Source: Candidatus Daviesbacteria bacterium (GTDB lineage: Bacteria; Patescibacteriota; Microgenomatia; Daviesbacterales; UBA10151). From it: DNA of 64,000 nt. Shown here one piece after another: positions 46,487 to 55,036 of this stretch; position 1 is the stretch's first letter; each line of letters starts with the position of its first letter. The notes under the pieces are model-generated. The model was not told the DNA's origin, did no database searches, and saw only the letters and a list, made by a program, of their open reading frames with translations. The stretch spans positions 2,225 through 66,224 of the forward strand of contig JAUSHL010000018.1 in NCBI GenBank assembly GCA_030648645.1, written 5' to 3'. A program made the position numbers and the translations under genes.

Positions 46487-47530
46487 ATGTCTAATTTTGT
46501 AGATTATCTCATTAAATATAATAAAGACTTAAAGCCAATTATTGACGCAACTTTTGATAAAGAACAAATAGCTGTTGGTAAAATTGTTCCTATGGCAGGA
46601 GATATGATTAATGATTATAAAAAGTTTTTATCAGGTGGTAAAAAATTAAGAGGTTGTGAAATCTTTTTAGGTTATCAAATGTTCGCAGGAATGAATAAAG
46701 AAGAAGGATTATTAGCGTCTTTAACGATTGAAATAATACATTCATTTTTATTAATGCATGATGATGTTATGGATCAGGATGATCTGCGTCGAGGAGAACC
46801 AACTATCCATAAAAAATATGCTAAGCATTTTGGCGATCATTATGGAGAATCAATGGCTATAACTCTAGGGGATGAGGGTATGTTTTGGGCATATAGAATA
46901 CTTAACTCACTTCATTTTTCCAGAGCAAATATGTCTAAAGCATCAGAATTTTTAAGCCAAGTTTTACTGGAAGTGGGTATTGGACAAGCCCTAGATATTA
47001 CCTATGAAGAGCAACATAAATTTAGTGAAGAGGCAGTTTTACAAATTCATCGTTATAAGACGGCAGAATATACTATATCTGGACCTCTATCTGTAGGTGC
47101 TATTTTGGCTGGTGCAGATGAAAAAAAATTAAAAGCTATTAAGGATTTTGGTATTCCAGTAGGTATTGCTTTTCAGATTCGTGATGATGAGTTAGGAATG
47201 TTTTCAACTGAAGAAGAATTAGGTAAACCAGTTGATTCTGATTTGAAGGAAGGAAAAGTTACACTGTTGATTGTTAAAGCTTTGGAATTTGCTTCAGTGG
47301 AAGATAAAAAATTTCTTCAATCTGCTCATGGTAATCAAAAACTAACTAAGGAAGAAGTTGAGAGAGTAAGAACTATTATAATAAATAGTGGCGCTTTTGC
47401 TTATTCTCAGAAAGCAGCAAGAGATTTGGTTGAAGAAGGGAAAAAATTTATTCCCGAGATTACTGATAACATAGTTTATCAAAAATTGTTAGTCCAGCTT
47501 GCTGACTTTGTTATCGAAAGACAATCTTAA
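46487..47530 (+). CDS. Polyprenyl diphosphate synthase
   Basis: GGKKLR, LMHDDVMDQDDLRRG, GQALD, FQIRDD. Confidence 0.95.
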   Translation: MSNFVDYLIKYNKDLKPIIDATFDKEQIAVGKIVPMAGDMINDYKKFLSGGKKLRGCEIFLGYQMFAGMNKEEGLLASLTIEIIHSFLLMHDDVMDQDDLRRGEPTIHKKYAKHFGDHYGESMAITLGDEGMFWAYRILNSLHFSRANMSKASEFLSQVLLEVGIGQALDITYEEQHKFSEEAVLQIHRYKTAEYTISGPLSVGAILAGADEKKLKAIKDFGIPVGIAFQIRDDELGMFSTEEELGKPVDSDLKEGKVTLLIVKALEFASVEDKKFLQSAHGNQKLTKEEVERVRTIIINSGAFAYSQKAARDLVEEGKKFIPEITDNIVYQKLLVQLADFVIERQS

Positions 47531-48063
47531 ATATTAGGATATTTTTTTGTAATAACTTCTCTAAAAGCTAGTTTGGCTCGGTAAACTTTTCCTTCAGCAG
47601 AGCGCTCAGAAATATCAAAAGTTTCAGCAATTCCTTTAATTGTCATATCTTTCCAGTATCTTAAATACAAAAGATTTCTTTTTTCATCCGACAACAAATT
47701 CAAACAATCATGCACACAATTTCTGATTTCATCCAAACTGGCTTTTTCTTCCGGAGTTAAATTTTTGTCTTTAATATTTGCTATATCAATTAAAGCCGGA
47801 GCAATTAAGTGTGATTCATAATGAATTTGATCACGATAATAATCAGCAGCTTTGTTTAATGCAATCCGGCAAAGCCAAGTAAAGAATTTAGATTTTTGTT
47901 CAAAAGTATGAAAGCCTTTCCAAGCAGCTAAAAAAGTACTGGAAAAAACTTCTTCTGCCATAAATTGATTGCCACCGGTTTTTTTAATTAAAAATTTCAT
48001 CAGAGGAAGAGCATGTTTACGATAAAGTAATTCAAAAGAGCGTGGGGTTTTGGGGATATTCAT
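47527..48063 (-). CDS. ECF sigma factor
   Basis: FFTWLCRIALNKAADYYR; region-4 HTH. Confidence 0.9.
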   Translation of the reverse strand: MNIPKTPRSFELLYRKHALPLMKFLIKKTGGNQFMAEEVFSSTFLAAWKGFHTFEQKSKFFTWLCRIALNKAADYYRDQIHYESHLIAPALIDIANIKDKNLTPEEKASLDEIRNCVHDCLNLLSDEKRNLLYLRYWKDMTIKGIAETFDISERSAEGKVYRAKLAFREVITKKYPNI

Positions 48064-48088
48064 AGACTAATAGTTATGATAACAAAAA

Positions 48089-48172
48089 TGTCATTGCGAA
48101 GCCACAAAGTGGCTGTGGCAATCTGCCAAAGTAGATTCTCACGTCCTCGCCACGGCGAGTCCTCAGAATGAC
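48089..48172. repeat. REP-like palindrome pair
   Basis: GTCATTGCGAAGCCAC...GGCAATCT; GATTCTCACGTCCTCGCCACGGCGAGTCCTCAGAATGAC. Confidence 0.8.
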
Positions 48173-48182
48173 AAAAAATGAT

Positions 48183-48716
48183 ATGAAAGCTTTTTTAAAA
48201 GAGATTAAATTTCCTTCAACTGAATATGCCTGTTTTCATAATTTAACTGAGGAAGTAAAAAAGGCTGTAAAAAAATCAAAAGTAGGGAATGGAATTGTAG
48301 TAGTAAATTCCAAGCACACTACTTTAACTATTGTAGTACAGGAAATTTCTGAACCAAATTTACTCAAAGATATGTTAAATCATGCTTTGCATCATGTTCC
48401 AACAGATAGTAGGGCCTGGGTTGCCAGAAAAAAAGATTTTAAACATCCCACAACTGATTATTCTCACAGGTGTCAGGATAATCCATTTTGTAATGAAATT
48501 GATGAGGATTATAACGCTCCCTCACACATTAGATCAATGCTTTATGGTCATCCTTCTGTTTTTATTCCCATTCAAAACGGCAAACCGGAACTGGGAAAAT
48601 ATCAGGAAATTGCAGCACTGGAATTTGATGGCAGAGATGGAACAGGTAAAAATGCCATCCGCCAAAGAACAGTCCAAATCTGGATTTATCCAATTGAGGA
48701 AGTTAAACTACTCTAG
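48183..48716 (+). CDS. YjbQ/UPF0047 family protein
   Basis: HTT, NAPSHIRS, LGKYQEIAALEFDG. Confidence 0.85.
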   Translation: MKAFLKEIKFPSTEYACFHNLTEEVKKAVKKSKVGNGIVVVNSKHTTLTIVVQEISEPNLLKDMLNHALHHVPTDSRAWVARKKDFKHPTTDYSHRCQDNPFCNEIDEDYNAPSHIRSMLYGHPSVFIPIQNGKPELGKYQEIAALEFDGRDGTGKNAIRQRTVQIWIYPIEEVKLL

Positions 48717-48756
48717 TAATTGAAAAGTCCTGGAAAAGGGGGTATTATTCAGGCAT

Positions 48757-48921
48757 ATGATTACACCACAAACCCAAATTAAATTGAATTTGCCTTTGTA
48801 TTTAAAAGAAAATCTTAAAAAACGAGCTGCAAAATTTGGCATAACTATGGCGGAGTATATAAGGCATCTAATTTTAAAAGATGTTGAGGATATGGATTCT
48901 CCTTGTGCCCCAAAAAAGTAA
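48757..48921 (+). CDS. Orphan RHH antitoxin-like protein (54 aa, not in the ORF track)
   Basis: MITPQTQIKLNLPLYLKENLKKRAAKFGITMAEYIRHLILKDV. Confidence 0.65.
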   Translation: MITPQTQIKLNLPLYLKENLKKRAAKFGITMAEYIRHLILKDVEDMDSPCAPKK

Positions 48922-48938
48922 TTGAGTCCTCTCTGACT

Positions 48939-48976
48939 TTAACACAAAATCACGCTATGGCGACAAATTGTGTTAA
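48939..48976. repeat. Palindrome family A, orphan copy (inverted)
   Basis: Reverse complement TTAACACAATTTGTCGCCATAGCGTGATTTTGTGTTAA, 34/38 identical to 6343-6380. Confidence 0.88.
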
Positions 48977-49071
48977 ATATATTTTTACTATGGATTAGAT
49001 TTCCCGTGGATTAGAGATTGTCGCAAGTATAAAGATTGCTTTTCCTGTTTCTCTTTATTAGAATATACAAA

Positions 49072-49629
49072 ATGACTGAAAATCAAAAATCACCTTATGA
49101 AAAGAATCCAGCAGAGATTTCTAATAAGTTGCGCATGGAATTGGACGAAATTCTTATACAGAATCTAAACTCCAAAAAAGAGTGTCTTTTAAGATGGCCT
49201 CAATTTTTAAACAGAGCTAGTTTTACAAAACAAAATATTGGCTACATGGCCAGTATATTTGGAGTGTTCGTTTTTGTTGCCAGTTCTAGTTTATCTACGG
49301 GTAGTGTGATAGCAGAAAGAGATATGGATTATCAGGCTAAATCTCAGGCGGAGACTAAATCTAATGAGATTTTTCTACTGAAACCAATTGATGAAATTTT
49401 AAGTGCTGAGGAATACAGAAATAATATGCAACTTCGTCGGGATAGAGAATCTTATATTCAGGAACTTTCTCAGCAGTATCTGAATACAGTGCGTCAAGAA
49501 AACAGCACTACTGCCAAAATTTATTATGGATTGGGATTTGCTGCGGGAGGAGTTATTGTGACAGTAATAGGAGCTTCCCTGCTTAGAAAAAAAGTAAATA
49601 CGGATGAAGAAAAGTATCAGTTTAGTTGA
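49072..49629 (+). CDS. Hypothetical membrane protein
   Basis: Two TM segments; TAGAAT shortly before the ATG. Confidence 0.65.
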   Translation: MTENQKSPYEKNPAEISNKLRMELDEILIQNLNSKKECLLRWPQFLNRASFTKQNIGYMASIFGVFVFVASSSLSTGSVIAERDMDYQAKSQAETKSNEIFLLKPIDEILSAEEYRNNMQLRRDRESYIQELSQQYLNTVRQENSTTAKIYYGLGFAAGGVIVTVIGASLLRKKVNTDEEKYQFS

Positions 49630-51752
49630 TAAATTTCAGTGGGACCATCCTGGAAAATGATTTTACCTAAAGCATTAAATTTTTCTTCGTTTAATTTTGA
49701 ATATTTTTGGCGTTCGAGAGAACCAATAAAAACATATTGGACATTATATTTTTGCAAAAGTGTTTGAGTTAAATTTAGATCAGGGCTTTCATATAATATG
49801 GCAACATCAGTGCCTCTTTTGCCTGCTTCATCGAAGGAGCCTCGCCAGAGCCATTCATGGACCGGCCAGCCAATTACTGTTGGTAATCCTGTATTTGATG
49901 AAACTCGGGCAAAATCAGTGTAAGAATCACCCTGAGCTTCTAAAATTACCGGTTGTCCGGGAATATTTTCCCTAAGCCATAAAATGGCTTGATAGTCGGT
50001 AGGATATAAAGGAGAAAAGTAATTTAAACCATTCAAACTTTGATAATTTTTTAAATCTCCGTAATAAGATTTAATGGCAAAGTAGGGATAGATGGCTACT
50101 AGGAAGAATAAAGAGATAAGAATTAAGAAGAAAGGTAAAAATAGTTTTGAGTTTCGAGTTTCGAGTTTCGAGATTAATCTTGTAATCATGTAACTGGAAA
50201 CCAAACCTAAAATAATAAAAGCCTGATAGCCGAATTTAAAAACAGTGTTGGCGCGATAATGCGCCGGATAAATATCTTTAGCATAGAAAAATTCCGGAAT
50301 GATTAGCAATATGGTGGCAGCAAGAGCAAAGGTGAGAACCAGTAGATCTGTTGGTTCTAATTTTAAATTTTTAATTTTAAATTTTAAATCAATTTTAAAT
50401 TTTAAAATAAAAAAAATAAAACCTAAAATTACAAAGTAGAAAAAGCCCCAGAGAATTGCCAGCATCCAGATAGGGGATTTTTGACAATGATCTTTCTCAA
50501 ATAAAAACGGTCCGATTTTTCCAAAATCAGTTAAAAAAGATGGGGCGCATAAAACTCCGACACCTTGGGCAAATGGTATAAATGCCAGCCAAAATGGAAG
50601 GGAAAATAAAATAGCCCCTAGAGTAATCAGCAGAATTAAGAATAAAGAATCATGAATTATGGAAAAAGAAAATTTATTTGACTGGCTCCAGTTTTTGGCA
50701 AATAGGACTGCAAAAATAACTATGATATAAATTGGACCATCCAAGATATTGGTCATTAAAGAAACTGCTACCAGCAAGGAAACTAGAATTAAGAATAAAG
50801 AATTAAGCTTTTGTTGGAAAAACATAACAATTAATAAAGCAAGAAGGAGTAAAACAAAGGGGATATTAAAAACATGGCCATGTAAATCGGCCACCACAAA
50901 AGAATAAAGAGGAAATTCATGAATTGTAAAAGGAATAAAACGGGTGGCATTGGGATACCAATAACCAATAAAATTTAACATTGGCTGGAGAGTCCAAAAA
51001 GGTACAGGATTATCAGGAGAATAGTTTCGGAAAAAGGCATAAATTGTTTGTAAATTACCACCAAGAGTGACTAAGAAAGCACTCAAAGCTCCGGATATTA
51101 GCGTATAGCGTATAGCATGTAGTTTTTGGGTGGAGGATACGAAAAAATGGTATAAATTGGCACCGAGGGAAAAAGAAGCAGTTAAAGTTAAAGCAAACAG
51201 TGATGCCAGTGTTAAATTATAAGTAATTATAGAATCAATGCCGGAAATTTTTGTAAGCAGTGCAGATGCGAAATGACCAAAATAATAATAATTAATAGAA
51301 AGTGGAGTCATCCATAAATCCTTGGGCGGAAAATAATCAGTTCTTAAAATTGAATTTATAATTCCAAAATCCATAAATTTTTCTAAACCATGGATGGAGG
51401 GTTCGTGGGCACGAACAAAGGCCCAGAAAATGAATCCTACTAAAAATAAAATTTCTTCAAAAATAAAAATTTTATTCAACTTCAGTGACTTAATATGCTT
51501 AAGAAACTTAAGTTGCAGAAAAGCAAATATAATAAAAATTAAAATTATGGACCAAGTGGAAAAGGGGAGTATTTTAATACTGCCCAAAAACCAAACAGCA
51601 TATCCCAAAAGCAAAAGCCCCAAGATTTTAGAAAAAGCGTATCCTTTATCAAAAAAATTAGAAAATAAAGTTGTGGTAAAGGGTAAAAAACCAATGCCCA
51701 AAATAAACCAAATAAACCACCATTGCAAGATAAATATTAAGTCAGATATCAT
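49617..51752 (-). CDS. DUF2298 (YYY) membrane protein, GT-C-like
   Basis: EKFMDFG, INYYYFGH, IHEFPLYSF..DLHGH, GWPVHEWLWR. Confidence 0.85.
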   Translation of the reverse strand: MISDLIFILQWWFIWFILGIGFLPFTTTLFSNFFDKGYAFSKILGLLLLGYAVWFLGSIKILPFSTWSIILIFIIFAFLQLKFLKHIKSLKLNKIFIFEEILFLVGFIFWAFVRAHEPSIHGLEKFMDFGIINSILRTDYFPPKDLWMTPLSINYYYFGHFASALLTKISGIDSIITYNLTLASLFALTLTASFSLGANLYHFFVSSTQKLHAIRYTLISGALSAFLVTLGGNLQTIYAFFRNYSPDNPVPFWTLQPMLNFIGYWYPNATRFIPFTIHEFPLYSFVVADLHGHVFNIPFVLLLLALLIVMFFQQKLNSLFLILVSLLVAVSLMTNILDGPIYIIVIFAVLFAKNWSQSNKFSFSIIHDSLFLILLITLGAILFSLPFWLAFIPFAQGVGVLCAPSFLTDFGKIGPFLFEKDHCQKSPIWMLAILWGFFYFVILGFIFFILKFKIDLKFKIKNLKLEPTDLLVLTFALAATILLIIPEFFYAKDIYPAHYRANTVFKFGYQAFIILGLVSSYMITRLISKLETRNSKLFLPFFLILISLFFLVAIYPYFAIKSYYGDLKNYQSLNGLNYFSPLYPTDYQAILWLRENIPGQPVILEAQGDSYTDFARVSSNTGLPTVIGWPVHEWLWRGSFDEAGKRGTDVAILYESPDLNLTQTLLQKYNVQYVFIGSLERQKYSKLNEEKFNALGKIIFQDGPTEIYQLN

Positions 51753-52330
51753 TTGATGAATTCTATAATTTCAGCAAGATTGGTAACTGTATCAATTCCA
51801 TGAGTTTCACAATTTTTGCAACTTGGATTATACCAAAGCAATTTTGTTTTTAGATTTTTTGTTTGTAAGTATCGTAATAAATCCAGATCATCATCAATAA
51901 ATAAATCAAGATTTAATTTTTTTAAGATTTTTTCTTTAAATAAATGCGGTTGTTCGTTTGAAGTATTGAGAAAAATTTTGGCAAAGGGGGTCATTAAATC
52001 ATATTTATGCAGAAGTTTATAAGTTAATTTTTCCAAAAATTGATAACGACTGGAAATCAGATATAAATTTAGAGTAGGATTTAACAAAATCTGAGAAAGT
52101 ATTTTAATATTTTTTTTGATTGGAGGGCGGAGTGGAGAAATATGGCTTGTCCGGCGGACTAATTTTGATACCGGAGATTTAGGAATACTGTAAGCTAAAT
52201 CTTTTTGACAATGGTCTTTAAGAGAGAAAATCTCTCGCAAGCTTCGCTTATATAACCAGTCAATAAGTCTTGGGGGCACAAAAGGTGGAAAATCAATAAA
52301 AATTCTATCTAAATCAAAGCCTATCTTCAT
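51749..52330 (-). CDS. HAD-superfamily protein
   Basis: IGFDLD, LFIDDD. Confidence 0.75.
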   Translation of the reverse strand: MKIGFDLDRIFIDFPPFVPPRLIDWLYKRSLREIFSLKDHCQKDLAYSIPKSPVSKLVRRTSHISPLRPPIKKNIKILSQILLNPTLNLYLISSRYQFLEKLTYKLLHKYDLMTPFAKIFLNTSNEQPHLFKEKILKKLNLDLFIDDDLDLLRYLQTKNLKTKLLWYNPSCKNCETHGIDTVTNLAEIIEFIK

Positions 52331-53399
52331 ATTCTTTAAAAAGCTTTCCCCAAGGAGTTTTTAAGAATTTATTGACTCTTTCTTTGCCAAACATATTCCA
52401 CCAGTAAATATCATGATAGAAATTGGATGCAAAATAACTCCAAGGTACTATTGGTGATTGTAACAAAATTTTCTCAACCCATAAAGGGCTATGACGGTAA
52501 ATGAGCTTCTGGCCACGTGATGCCAGAGTATCTTTTCTCTTAAAATGCCAATTTATTTTGGAAATATCTGTGCCAAAGACTTTGATATTTTTAGGATTAG
52601 CTATACCTAAGCCCTGATTTTCAGCGATTCTTAGGTAATCTAAAGTCAGGGGATTAAAACCCATCATTTTGGCAGCTGTGGCATCTAAGGCGACTAAATC
52701 GGAAGAAGCCAGTAGAAAATCCTTAATTTCCCATTGCATGGCCCGGGGACCTGAGCCTTTTCCCACCACTGCTCCATCCATGATGCCAAAAATACCCGGA
52801 TGAATTTCTTTTTGAATTGATAAAAGATCAACCAATGTTTCATGAATATTTCTGTGAGCATAATGTCTGGTGGTTCGGAGCATACCAAAATAATTTTTCA
52901 TCCCTCCCGTGGTGGTGGTAAAAACATGCATTTTCATAGTCGGCAGATGAATAATATTTTTACCAATGATAATTTTGGGAAGAGATATTTTATGGAAAGT
53001 ATGACCCATGGCTAAAAGTGGTTTTTTGGGTTTATAATCCACATAAGGCTCATCAGTTAAAAAATGCATTTTCACTCCATATTTTTTTAAAATTGGTAGC
53101 CAAAGATTGTTTTGTGATCCTTTAATAACATCAGTTACCACAGTCCTATTTTCTACAGGGATAATATTTTTAGGAGAAATTCCATCTTCAATTAAAGTTT
53201 TTAAAACTCCTTCCAGTTGCCAAGGTGGAGTAGAACAGGCAGGATAAAATCTGGTCCAGGAAAGATTTATTTTAATAATAATGGGTTCTGATTTGTTAAA
53301 AGTTTTTAAATAATCTGCTTTATGTAAAAGTTTTTGATAATCAGAAAGAACTGTTTTAGATGAAGTTTTACTGATATAAACTGAGCTCATGGTTGCCAA
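52314..53399 (-). CDS. DUF362 family protein
   Basis: IIKINLSW, HLPTMKMH, GGMKNYFG, DLVALDA. Confidence 0.8.
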   Translation of the reverse strand: MATMSSVYISKTSSKTVLSDYQKLLHKADYLKTFNKSEPIIIKINLSWTRFYPACSTPPWQLEGVLKTLIEDGISPKNIIPVENRTVVTDVIKGSQNNLWLPILKKYGVKMHFLTDEPYVDYKPKKPLLAMGHTFHKISLPKIIIGKNIIHLPTMKMHVFTTTTGGMKNYFGMLRTTRHYAHRNIHETLVDLLSIQKEIHPGIFGIMDGAVVGKGSGPRAMQWEIKDFLLASSDLVALDATAAKMMGFNPLTLDYLRIAENQGLGIANPKNIKVFGTDISKINWHFKRKDTLASRGQKLIYRHSPLWVEKILLQSPIVPWSYFASNFYHDIYWWNMFGKERVNKFLKTPWGKLFKEYEDRL

Positions 53400-55036
53400 A
53401 GTATAACAGATGTTTTGGCAAAAATCATTATTTTAGGATGATCATAAACGGTGAATGATTCATCTGATGATGAATCATTAATTTTAAATTTAAAATTTAA
53501 AATTTTAAAACTGGGATAAACAGAAAACTCAGCAACTTTTTTAAAACCTAATTGTCCTGAAAAAAGTTTTTGATAATAATCTGCAGTTTTTGTATAGCAC
53601 CTATCTACTGGTAAATTTGGGCAATTAATCATTTTTTGTAAAGGAGTATAAAGTCTATTACTAGCAATAATAATGTAATCAGTGGTTTGTAATACCTGAT
53701 TTACTTTTTCCCATTTTAAAGGATCAAGATCGGAATCATACATTGGTAGATCAAGGAATTGATAATTTGATCTATTGGCAAGAGGTAGCCCGTCATCCCA
53801 ATGTTCTCTGGCAATCAAACTATTTGCCGGAATATTTTGATAAATCCATTCTGAAGCAGAAACTCTGGTATTGGGTTGAGAATAAATGGAAATAAAAGAT
53901 AAAGGCCATATCAATAGAAGAATAAAGAATAAAGAATAAAGAATTAAGAATAAAAGATGAGAAATTCTGGGTTTGATAAATAAAATAATTTGCCAAAATA
54001 GTATTGCTGCGAAAAGACAAAGGAGAGGATAGAGGGGGAGCATGTAGCGCATAAAACCAATAGCAAAATGACCAACAATTGCAAAATAAAGCCAAAAGAA
54101 AGAAGTAAGAATTAAGAATTTAGAATTAAGGATTGGGCGGAATGTTTTGAAAGTGAAAAATATAGTACCGATCAATGCTAGAGTTGCCAAAACCGGACCA
54201 AGTCCCCAGAAAAATATATTTTGGATTTCATATAAATAGGGAATTTTTCCGACATATTGCAAAGTATAAGGAAAAGTGAAAGCAGATTTAGTCATTGCCT
54301 GTTGGGTTAAAGTTTGTTGCCAGAAATTTTGAAAATCTAAAAAAGCAAATGGTTCAAAAATGAAAAAAGAAATTAAGGTAAAGATGGCCATGAAACTGCC
54401 GCAAAAAATTGATTTGTTTATGCTACCAAGCCTGGCTTGGGAGGCTAATATTAGTGTGAGTATAATTGGAACTATTAAAAGTATCGCACTGGCTTTAGTA
54501 GCCAATGCCAAACCAAAGGAAATAGAAGTAAGAATGAGGTATTTAGAATTATGTTTTTCAGTATAAAGAATCAGACAATAAAGCGTTAAAATAATAAAAA
54601 AAGTTAAAGGTGTGTCGACAGCGTAAAAATGAGAAAGTTGAATTGGTAAAACTGCTATAGCATAAAAAAATGCTGATAAAAGTCCAACATTTTTATCAAA
54701 TAATTTCTTTCCCAGAAAATACAAAATTATTAAAGTTCCCAAATCAAAAAGAGCAGATAAAAATCTACCGACTAAATTTATACTTTGGTAATTAGAAAAT
54801 TGGGAATCAAAAAGTCCTACAAAAATACCGAACGCTTTTAAAAGATAAATTGGAAAACTACCATAAGCAAAAAAATCCGGATTAGGATTTTCCAATGTAA
54901 TTTTATCAGCTACCATAGTAATCATTCTTTCATCAGGATGGAGATGAAAACCGCTATCCCAATTAAGGTTGTATAAACGAAGCAATGCTCCAAAAATAAT
55001 TATTAAAATTAATAGGACAGTTGTTTTATTTAACAT
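53387..55036 (-). CDS. PMT/ArnT-like membrane glycosyltransferase (GT-C)
   Basis: HPDER, FFAYG, ATKAS, SDESFTVYDHP. Confidence 0.85.
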   Translation of the reverse strand: MLNKTTVLLILIIIFGALLRLYNLNWDSGFHLHPDERMITMVADKITLENPNPDFFAYGSFPIYLLKAFGIFVGLFDSQFSNYQSINLVGRFLSALFDLGTLIILYFLGKKLFDKNVGLLSAFFYAIAVLPIQLSHFYAVDTPLTFFIILTLYCLILYTEKHNSKYLILTSISFGLALATKASAILLIVPIILTLILASQARLGSINKSIFCGSFMAIFTLISFFIFEPFAFLDFQNFWQQTLTQQAMTKSAFTFPYTLQYVGKIPYLYEIQNIFFWGLGPVLATLALIGTIFFTFKTFRPILNSKFLILTSFFWLYFAIVGHFAIGFMRYMLPLYPLLCLFAAILFWQIILFIKPRISHLLFLILYSLFFILLLIWPLSFISIYSQPNTRVSASEWIYQNIPANSLIAREHWDDGLPLANRSNYQFLDLPMYDSDLDPLKWEKVNQVLQTTDYIIIASNRLYTPLQKMINCPNLPVDRCYTKTADYYQKLFSGQLGFKKVAEFSVYPSFKILNFKFKINDSSSDESFTVYDHPKIMIFAKTSVILWQP

